Of a stretch of 64,000 nt of DNA, positions 48,171 to 55,570 are shown in pieces. Positions within the stretch are counted from its first letter, which is position 1, and the number at the start of each line of letters is the position of its first letter. The position numbers and the translations under genes were made by a program. The stretch is from Candidatus Micrarchaeota archaeon (lineage in GTDB: Archaea > Micrarchaeota > Micrarchaeia > Anstonellales > Bilamarchaeaceae): NCBI GenBank assembly GCA_043812915.1, contig JBDRLQ010000003.1:160001-224000 (forward strand), read 5' to 3'. The notes below the pieces were generated by a model. That model made no database searches, was not told the DNA's origin, and saw only the letters and a program-made list of their open reading frames with translations.

Positions 48171-48970
48171 TTTTTCTTCACCATCCTCTTAATCAGGAAC
48201 GATATGAGTATCCCTGAAATCAGTGACACGAAGATGAACCACCAGTGGGGCTGGTATATCCTCTGCACATCCAGAATCGGGATTTTGAATGGAAGGTCGA
48301 CATAGAAGAACGTTCCGTTGGAGATGCTCAATTCCACCTCATGGGTTTCGGAGGGCGGAATCACGTTTATTATCGCGGTCTCCCCGGGATAGTACGTCTC
48401 CCTCTCCGGGCTTATCAGCATCTGCTGCCCGGTCCCATGCTCCACATAAATCTCGTCATGGCTCTTGACATTGTACAGGAAATATGTCTCGTTCACCCCT
48501 AACTCGCTTCCGCCATTTTTCGCCTTGGCGGTCGCGGTCCACTTGCCGAAGTTCTCATTGTTCAGCTCAACGCAGGCGGTATAAACCCCATCATCCGGAA
48601 GCTTATCGCAATCCCCGCCATCATCGAACAGCACGAAATGGATGTCATCCTCCACAAACGGGTTGATGCTGTTCACCCCGAAACTGAAAGCGAAGAAAAT
48701 AGCGATAATGATAATCATGGGCTTGAACTGCTGCATCATCACCTTGTTCATCTTCGGGAACAGTTCCATCTGCTTCTTCATGATGGCCTCCATCTTGGCC
48801 TGGTCTTTGGCATCTGTCGCCTTTTTGTATTCGGCATTAAGAGCCTTGGACTCCTTCTGTAGCTCCTCCATCTTGCTCCTGTCCACCAGGGTGTTCTGGA
48901 GATATCTGGAAATTCCTGCATATACAATGGCTGCCACTGCAACCAGTATAATATAAAAACTAAAATCCAT
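48167..48970 (-). CDS. DUF106/EMC3/TMCO1 (Oxa1 superfamily) membrane protein with inserted extracytoplasmic domain
   Basis: TM1, coiled coil, MMQQFKPM, TM2, insert, WWFIFVS TM3; usual position upstream of cmk. Confidence 0.85.
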   Translation of the reverse strand: MDFSFYIILVAVAAIVYAGISRYLQNTLVDRSKMEELQKESKALNAEYKKATDAKDQAKMEAIMKKQMELFPKMNKVMMQQFKPMIIIIAIFFAFSFGVNSINPFVEDDIHFVLFDDGGDCDKLPDDGVYTACVELNNENFGKWTATAKAKNGGSELGVNETYFLYNVKSHDEIYVEHGTGQQMLISPERETYYPGETAIINVIPPSETHEVELSISNGTFFYVDLPFKIPILDVQRIYQPHWWFIFVSLISGILISFLIKRMVKKK

Positions 48971-49026
48971 GAAGAACTGTTTTGATGGGAATGATTAAAT
49001 AACTTCTTCATACCAGCTAATAATTA

Positions 49027-49581
49027 ATGTCCGAAGAAATTGATTCTGAAACAAAACTTAAGCTCTACATGCTGATGGTAAGCCGCTATAAGGATCTTAT
49101 CAATGAGAACGAAACCCGTTCAGTTTCTGAGATAAGGCAGAGGGTTTCGCCCTATTCCGAGATTATCAAGAAGCTGAGCGCGCGATTCACTTCCGACCTT
49201 GCGCCGTTCTCGCATGAGAAGCACTTCATCACAGTGGCGCAGCGCGCAATCAACTATCTGCGAGAAATCAAGACATGCCAGTTCCTGATAACCTTCTGGC
49301 TTGGCTTCGATGAGATGGACAAATTGAAACTTGGCGGCGTGATGGACAAGGCGCTGCTTCTTGCCGCCCTGCTTCGCTCTTTCGGCTCGGACACTGTGCT
49401 GGTCAAGGTCACCAAAAGCGGAAATACCTATGTTGTGTTCCCTTGGGAAGGCAAGGACTACGTTTTCGTTCCTGAGAGCGGCTCATTGCTCGCAGGAGAT
49501 GATGTTGGCGCCCTGTTCGCCAAAGACCCTGTTGACTATGCGTTCAATGACCTCTCCTATGAAAAGTATGGGGAGGATTAG
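49027..49581 (+). CDS. Transglutaminase-like fold protein, catalytic triad apparently lost
   Basis: FW...GGVMDKALLLAALLRSFG...GNTYVVF...YVFVPE follows the GDCED-GHAWV-LDP scaffold. Confidence 0.65.
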   Translation: MSEEIDSETKLKLYMLMVSRYKDLINENETRSVSEIRQRVSPYSEIIKKLSARFTSDLAPFSHEKHFITVAQRAINYLREIKTCQFLITFWLGFDEMDKLKLGGVMDKALLLAALLRSFGSDTVLVKVTKSGNTYVVFPWEGKDYVFVPESGSLLAGDDVGALFAKDPVDYAFNDLSYEKYGED

Positions 49582-49634
49582 CGCTTTCTACTGATTTTTT
49601 GTAGCAACCACCGGATTAAGTTGTAGTAAATGTT

Positions 49635-49658
49635 ATTAACAGATTAATATCTGTTAAT
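49635..49658. promoter_or_regulatory. Perfect inverted repeat (10-bp arms), candidate operator
   Basis: ATTAACAGAT-taat-ATCTGTTAAT in the AT-rich intergenic region upstream of 49751. Confidence 0.5.
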
Positions 49659-49750
49659 TTTAATGTATTTCTATGGATTTCTTGATATATCCTTTATTAA
49701 TATATTGGTTTAAAGTTACTCTTAGAGTTATTTGATGGGAGGAGAAAATC

Positions 49751-50446
49751 ATGGGACTAGGAGAGCAATCACGAAGACTTATCTTCTGCGCGCATGGGGG
49801 AGCGCAGGATGGCAGGCCCGGGGGGCTAAGGGATTTCAGGACCGATGCGAGAAGCGGGCTGGCCGATTTGGTCCGGAAGATGGATCCTGCCGCCAGGCTG
49901 GATCTCTTCAAGGTAAGGGCAAAGAATGGGGAACTACAACAGCCCAAGCTGGAAGCGCTTGTTGTCAAGGCTATGGCATTCAAGGAAGGCGCATGGAATC
50001 GCTTCGAGGAGGGCACGCTTGACGGTTCAAACCTTGCCGCCGAGCTTTGCAGGGCAAACGTTGTCACTGAGCTCGCATCAGGAATCAGCACTACCTGGAG
50101 GCGCGCAAAGGATAAGGGGGATAAAGCTGCAGAGATGGGTGTGCAAGCTTCCGAGGCTGAGATGTGCCTCGCGCTTGAAGTTATGGGTGAGTGCAATACT
50201 GCTGCGGGTGTGCTGCTGCAGAATGAAAGGCAGGCCAAGCTGCATGAAGTGTCTTATTCGGACGATGAGCATGAGGCCGAGGGCACCAGGAACAGCTACC
50301 TGGCTCCTGCAAGAGAGCTTTATGATCATGTGCACGGGCTTCTGTGCGAGCACGCCGCCAGGGTGAATGTTGAAATCCCGCAGTTCGAGGCGGTGGTCCA
50401 GCAGTCCCAGGCAGAAGTCACCGTTGGAAGGCAGCAGCCTTCATAA
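49751..50446 (+). CDS. Hypothetical helical protein
   Basis: 231-aa ORF, GGAGGAG SD, TTTAAA box upstream; stop abuts the convergent gene. Confidence 0.7.
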   Translation: MGLGEQSRRLIFCAHGGAQDGRPGGLRDFRTDARSGLADLVRKMDPAARLDLFKVRAKNGELQQPKLEALVVKAMAFKEGAWNRFEEGTLDGSNLAAELCRANVVTELASGISTTWRRAKDKGDKAAEMGVQASEAEMCLALEVMGECNTAAGVLLQNERQAKLHEVSYSDDEHEAEGTRNSYLAPARELYDHVHGLLCEHAARVNVEIPQFEAVVQQSQAEVTVGRQQPS

Positions 50447-52045
50447 TCAGGAGTGCTCGATGCACTCGTCGAGCGCTCTCTTCACTCTTTTTCCGTTTCT
50501 CTGCGCGAAAGTACAGAGCCAGGTCCACAGCTCTTTTCTCCCTGCATATGAGAGCCGCACCACATCCCCGATTTCCCTATCATAATCTATTATGGCCTTG
50601 AAGTCAGCAGTATTCCTGACAGTCCTCCTCAGGCTGCAAATCTGTGCAATGAGATTGAATTTCTCCAGGTCATTCCTGTCAACGACCTTTGAGCCGTCGG
50701 GCGCATGCATCGCCTTGAGCCTTGCCTTTATCTCCCCGATGGCATCATCGCTCAGGTACTCTATGATGTTGAGCACCCTATCCATATGGGGCAGAAGCGC
50801 CGGGTCAAGGTACGGAGCCCCCATCCACTGCAGCTCCAGCAAGGCCTTTGCCCTGTCTATTGATGCGTCTTTCACACCCACCACTCCGATGACCGCCCTC
50901 AGCCCGGGCGGCAGATGCTTCATCGCCTCCTTTTTTAGCTCAAGCGCGATATCCCACACGTCGCCAGTGCTGTTTGTCCTGTAGGTCGTGTGCCCGGCAA
51001 CCGGGCGGAACTGCCCTTTTGCGCCCAGCCTCTGGCCCACATTCCAGAACGTATCGGCAGTCGCGCGGAGAATCCTGTCGTTTGCCGGGTTGCCCATGAA
51101 CGTGTTGCCATCTGACTGCCCAAGCACCCCTGTCAGCACACCTGCCCACCCCTTCCTTGTCTTTGGAAGATACTTCCTGAGCGCCCATGTGTCCGCCGGT
51201 TTATCAGTTGCTATCTTCATCTGGAAAAGGTTCCCGCTGATGCTCACCGCCCCCATGTTTAGGTCGCTGAAACCGAAAGGTGTGATCATCCCATCCGGTA
51301 TATCATTAATCCTGAAACAGCCTGGCCTGTCCCCAAGCTCCCTTTCTATCTTCGCCATCTCAAGGCTGCGCAGCTGCTGCTGCACATAGCCTTCGGGCAT
51401 GTTTGCATCAACTACAAGTTCATCGGTAAGCGAAAGGTGCCAGGCTAGCGTGAGCTGCCAGTGGCGCAGGACGTTCCCGAACTTCTGGAGATTCTGTTCA
51501 ATCTCCCTGGTGGATCCATCCTCATTCTCAACTTCAATAGTATATCTGAGCTTCGAGCGGTCAATCTTATATCCCAGCTCGCAGTATTTCTTCCTCATGG
51601 CCTTTTCGGTGATTCCCCTTGAGACTGGCGATGCCATCACTATGCGCGATTCATCCGACTGCTGCTGGCGCACCAGGCGCACCATATGGATTCCTTCGCC
51701 GTTCATTGCCATGATTACTGCAGGCACGTGCTGGTGATGCCCTGCAAGGCAGGCTTCCCCGCCTCCGTCCCTTCCCTGGAAGTTGTTGAGCGCTGTGAGC
51801 TTGCACTTATCCGACTCACCAAGATTAATGTATATCTTCCCATAGATTTCGGCATACTGCCTGATGCGCCCCTCTGCCTCGGCAAGCGCCATCGCGGACG
51901 TCCGCCCTCCCCTTCCTGTCGGGTCGCAGACCTCCCACTGGGGCAACTCGATTAGCGGGGATTCTTTTCCACGAGAAACAGCCTGGGGGCGTGCCGTAGC
52001 GGCCCGCTCATTTGTTCCACTGGATATCTTATTTTTCGCTATCAT
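50447..52045 (-). CDS. Putative tandem divergent GGDEF-like (palm-fold) protein
   Basis: Two runs of GGDEF-ordered motifs at about aa 40-245 and aa 247-410 (see findings); the ORF is clear, the domain call is by eye. Confidence 0.6.
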   Translation of the reverse strand: MIAKNKISSGTNERAATARPQAVSRGKESPLIELPQWEVCDPTGRGGRTSAMALAEAEGRIRQYAEIYGKIYINLGESDKCKLTALNNFQGRDGGGEACLAGHHQHVPAVIMAMNGEGIHMVRLVRQQQSDESRIVMASPVSRGITEKAMRKKYCELGYKIDRSKLRYTIEVENEDGSTREIEQNLQKFGNVLRHWQLTLAWHLSLTDELVVDANMPEGYVQQQLRSLEMAKIERELGDRPGCFRINDIPDGMITPFGFSDLNMGAVSISGNLFQMKIATDKPADTWALRKYLPKTRKGWAGVLTGVLGQSDGNTFMGNPANDRILRATADTFWNVGQRLGAKGQFRPVAGHTTYRTNSTGDVWDIALELKKEAMKHLPPGLRAVIGVVGVKDASIDRAKALLELQWMGAPYLDPALLPHMDRVLNIIEYLSDDAIGEIKARLKAMHAPDGSKVVDRNDLEKFNLIAQICSLRRTVRNTADFKAIIDYDREIGDVVRLSYAGRKELWTWLCTFAQRNGKRVKRALDECIEHS

Positions 52046-52204
52046 TTTCGGGGTCTCTGGTGTGGGTTTATATAGGATATTATATGCGCAGAAAGGTTTA
52101 TAAATAGCTAACCATCATTTTTCATCCTTTATAACAGCCACTACGACGGTATCTTTTTCAACCTTCCCGTGTTATTCCCTCTGTTTCCGTTCATCGGTGG
52201 TAAT

Positions 52205-54094
52205 ATGGAAAGAATCCTTACTGGAAAACCAGGCCAGAAGCTGCTCCTTCTGGGGAACGAGGCCGTTGTCAGGGGCGCTCTGGAGGCCGGCGTAGGTCTG
52301 GCCTCCACATATCCAGGAACCCCAGCATCTGAAATCGGCGATACCTTCGCTGCATTGGCCAAGAGGGCGGGCATCTATTTCGAATACTGCACCAATGAGA
52401 AAGTCGCGACGGAGGTCGCGGCGGCTGCGGCATTTGCCGGGCTGAGGAGCATTGTGAGCTACAAGCACTTCGGGCTGAATGTCGCCACAGACAGCGTCTT
52501 TCCGCTCGCGTATCATGGGGTTCGCGGCGGCATGGTGATTGCTTTCTCCGATGACCCGCAGTGCTGGAGCTCGGGCCAGAGCGAGCAGGATTCCAGGGAT
52601 TACGCGAAAATCGCGCACATGCCCATGCTTGAGCCTTCCAATTCACAGGAATGCAAGGATTTCACGAAGGCGGCATTGGAGCTTTCCGAGAAAATTGGAA
52701 TTCCCGTCCTTATCAGGCTAACTACTCGGGTCACCCACACAAGAAATGTGGTCAGGCTCGGAAAAGTGAAGAAAGGGAAAACAAAAGGAGATTTCCCAAA
52801 AGGGTATGCTGCAGGGAGCAAATGGAGGAATATGCCCCCGAAAATTTTGCAGGTGCATGAAGAGCTCAACCGGAAGCTCTCAAGGCTTGCGGCTACGGAT
52901 GGAGGGAAATTCACAAAGCTAATTGGAAAGAAACTCGGCCCGTTCGGAATAATCTCTAGCGGGGTCGCGGCCGAGCATGCCCAGGAGGCTCTACATGCCC
53001 TTGGCATAAATGCCCAGCTCCTCAAAATCGGGATGAGCTGGCCAGTCCCAGAAAAGGAAATCCGCGCTTTCATCAAGCCCCTCAAAGAAGTGTTTGTCGT
53101 AGAGGAGCTTGAGCCCATTCTTGAGCGGGAAATCACAGGGCTGGCAAAGGACACAAATCCAAAGCTGAAGATCCATGGGAAGGACGTTCTGCCGACCAAT
53201 GGGGAGCTGAATCCGGGCATGCTGATGCTCGCGCTTGCGAAGCTCAAAGGCAGGAGGCTTTCCGAGCTGGCCAATCACATGAAAAAGTTCGCGAAACTGA
53301 AGCCGCCGCCCCGGCAGCCGGTCTTCTGCCCCGGCTGCCCCCACCGCTCCACGTTCTACGCGGTTAGGAAGGCGGCCCCTAAGAATACTGTTTTCGGAGG
53401 GGACATCGGCTGTTACATCCTCGGCATTTTCGAGCCGCACGAGACTCAGGACTTCGTGATAAGCATGGGCGCGACCAATGGAATCTGCCATGGGCTCTCC
53501 AAGGTGACGAAACAGCCGGTAATAAGCTTTCTTGGGGATAGCACGTTCTTCCACGCAGGCTTTCCGGGCATTGCGAACATGGTGTTCAACAAGTCCTCCC
53601 CATTGGTGGTAATCCTTGACAACCGCATAACCGCGATGACTGGCCACCAGCCGAATCCGGGCATGGGGCGAACCGGCATGGGCGAAAAGACAAAGGAAAT
53701 CTCGATTGAGGATGTCGTAAAAGCATGCCAGGCGGATGAGGTCGTGGTCACAAATTCCTTCAATGTAAGCCAGACGGAAAAGGCGGCCAGGGATCTGCTG
53801 AAGAAGAAGGGCGTGAAGGTGCTTATCTCCAAAGGGGAGTGCAGGCTGCTCTACCGCAGGAGGATGCGGAAGAATGGCGTGAATCTGCCGGTATTCGAAA
53901 TCGACCCTGAGAAATGCCAGGAGTGCGGGGATTGCATAATGGCTTTTGGCTGCCCGGCCATCCACAGGGACGGGAAGGGGAAATACTACATAGACGGCGA
54001 TTTCTGCTGGGGCTGCGGGGTGTGCGCGCAGGTATGCCCGAAAGGAGCCATCAAGGTTAAAATCAGGACCGGCGGCAAGGAGGTGGAGGGATGA
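52205..54094 (+). CDS. iorA: Indolepyruvate:ferredoxin oxidoreductase alpha subunit
   Basis: LLGNEAVVRG, YPGTPASEI, NEKVA, FCPGCPHR, GDIGC, GDSTFFH, TAMTGHQP, two C-terminal ferredoxin motifs. Confidence 0.96.
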   Translation: MERILTGKPGQKLLLLGNEAVVRGALEAGVGLASTYPGTPASEIGDTFAALAKRAGIYFEYCTNEKVATEVAAAAAFAGLRSIVSYKHFGLNVATDSVFPLAYHGVRGGMVIAFSDDPQCWSSGQSEQDSRDYAKIAHMPMLEPSNSQECKDFTKAALELSEKIGIPVLIRLTTRVTHTRNVVRLGKVKKGKTKGDFPKGYAAGSKWRNMPPKILQVHEELNRKLSRLAATDGGKFTKLIGKKLGPFGIISSGVAAEHAQEALHALGINAQLLKIGMSWPVPEKEIRAFIKPLKEVFVVEELEPILEREITGLAKDTNPKLKIHGKDVLPTNGELNPGMLMLALAKLKGRRLSELANHMKKFAKLKPPPRQPVFCPGCPHRSTFYAVRKAAPKNTVFGGDIGCYILGIFEPHETQDFVISMGATNGICHGLSKVTKQPVISFLGDSTFFHAGFPGIANMVFNKSSPLVVILDNRITAMTGHQPNPGMGRTGMGEKTKEISIEDVVKACQADEVVVTNSFNVSQTEKAARDLLKKKGVKVLISKGECRLLYRRRMRKNGVNLPVFEIDPEKCQECGDCIMAFGCPAIHRDGKGKYYIDGDFCWGCGVCAQVCPKGAIKVKIRTGGKEVEG

Positions 54095-54699
54095 AAAACT
54101 TCAATCTCATCCTATCAGGAATCGGCGGGCAGGGGGTCCTCACGCTGGCCGCCGTTATTGGGGAGGCCGTTCTGCTATCCGGCTATGATGTGAAGGTGGC
54201 GGAACTGCACGGGCTTGCCCAGAGGTTCGGCCCCTTAAGCACGCACATAAGGTTCGGAAAGGACATCCACTCCCCGCTTGTCACGGAAGCTGGCGCTGAT
54301 TTGCTGCTTGGCCTTGAGCGCCTGGAGGTGCTGCACACGCTGAAATACGTGGGCAAGGATACTGCAATCCTGATGGGGACGAGGGAGGCGGTGCCGACTA
54401 TCCTGTACAGGAAGAACATTCCATATCCACCTGTGGGGAGGGTAGTTGCGCAGGCAAAGCGGTTCTCCAGGCATATCTATACAGCCGATGCCGCGGAAAG
54501 GGCAAAGACGATCGGCGCCCCGGAAGTTACCGCTAACATCTACCTTGCGGGCATGGCGGTTTCAATGGGATTGCTGCCACTTAAAGAAAGCAAATTCGAG
54601 GATGCGATGCGCGCCCTGATGCCCAAGAAATTCCTGGAGATGAACCTGGAAGTGTTCCGGCTGGGGATAAAAGACGGAAGAAATATGAAAAAGCGCTAG
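54091..54699 (+). CDS. iorB: Indolepyruvate:ferredoxin oxidoreductase beta subunit
   Basis: GIGGQGV, ELHGLAQRFG, SPLV, ADLLLGLE; overlaps the iorA stop. Confidence 0.95.
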   Translation: MKNFNLILSGIGGQGVLTLAAVIGEAVLLSGYDVKVAELHGLAQRFGPLSTHIRFGKDIHSPLVTEAGADLLLGLERLEVLHTLKYVGKDTAILMGTREAVPTILYRKNIPYPPVGRVVAQAKRFSRHIYTADAAERAKTIGAPEVTANIYLAGMAVSMGLLPLKESKFEDAMRALMPKKFLEMNLEVFRLGIKDGRNMKKR

Positions 54700-55520
54700 C
54701 GTGTCCTTCCAGGCACTCCGCATGACACTCTTCTGAATCCCAGCTGGTATGCGGCCCTCCCATAGAATTCGAAACGCTCTGCATCCACATACTCCGAGAC
54801 TGGCGGGTGCTTCGCGCTGGGCCTGAAATATTGCAGCAGTTTCAGCTCTTCGACGCCCGCCCTGCGAACGAGCCTCATGGCGCCAAGGACTTCCCCCCAG
54901 CTCTCGCCCATTCCGACGAGCATGGATGAGCAGGTGGTGATATCAGGATTGCTCTCCCTAATTCTTTCCAGCACATTCAGCGAGCGCCTGAATCCAAGGC
55001 GCTCATTTCTCCCTGATTGGAGCTGCTTCCTGACCCCGCCCATATTGTGGCTTATCACATCCGGGCTGGAGGCGACCAGCCTTTCGACAGTCCCTCGCTC
55101 TGCCCTGAAGTCCGGGATGGAGGCCTCGACAATAGCCCAAGGCCGCCTTTTCTTGATTTCAGAAACCGTCCTTGCGAAATGCCCCGCGCCACCGTCCTTC
55201 AAGTCATCCCTGTGGACGGAAGTCAAAATCACGTTGTCAAGGGCCAGCTCGTCCACCGCATGCGCTATTTTCACCGGCTCCCGCGTATCAGGCCTTGGCG
55301 GCCTCCGCGAGTGCGGCACCCCGCAGAATGCGCAGCCTCTTGTGCACCGGTCTCCAAGCAGCCTGAAGCTGACCGCTTTTGGGAGCGCCATGCCGGCAGG
55401 CGGGATGTTGTGCCTGTATTGGAAAGCGGAAGCTATAGCGTGCTTCTCCAGAACCTCGCGCACATATCTCCCAAGGGCTGTCTGATAGCGAGGCCTGTCC
55501 GTAGCGGAACGTCTGACCAT
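54696..55520 (-). CDS. Lipoyl-synthase (LipA)-like radical SAM protein lacking auxiliary-cluster ligands
   Basis: LGDRCTRGCAFC, TSVHRDDLKDGGA, IPDF, VGMGE, QYFRPS; no CX4CX5C and no RSSY. Confidence 0.85.
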   Translation of the reverse strand: MVRRSATDRPRYQTALGRYVREVLEKHAIASAFQYRHNIPPAGMALPKAVSFRLLGDRCTRGCAFCGVPHSRRPPRPDTREPVKIAHAVDELALDNVILTSVHRDDLKDGGAGHFARTVSEIKKRRPWAIVEASIPDFRAERGTVERLVASSPDVISHNMGGVRKQLQSGRNERLGFRRSLNVLERIRESNPDITTCSSMLVGMGESWGEVLGAMRLVRRAGVEELKLLQYFRPSAKHPPVSEYVDAERFEFYGRAAYQLGFRRVSCGVPGRTR

Positions 55521-55540
55521 GAACAGTAAGCCACGCCATA

Positions 55541-55553
55541 GTTTATAAATGTT
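55541..55553. promoter_or_regulatory. Palindromic TATA box shared by two divergent leaderless genes
   Basis: TTTATAAA (55542-55549) lies 21 nt from ATG 55520 (-) and 21 nt from ATG 55571 (+). Confidence 0.65.
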
Positions 55554-55570
55554 TTTTCAGAAGTCTGCAT

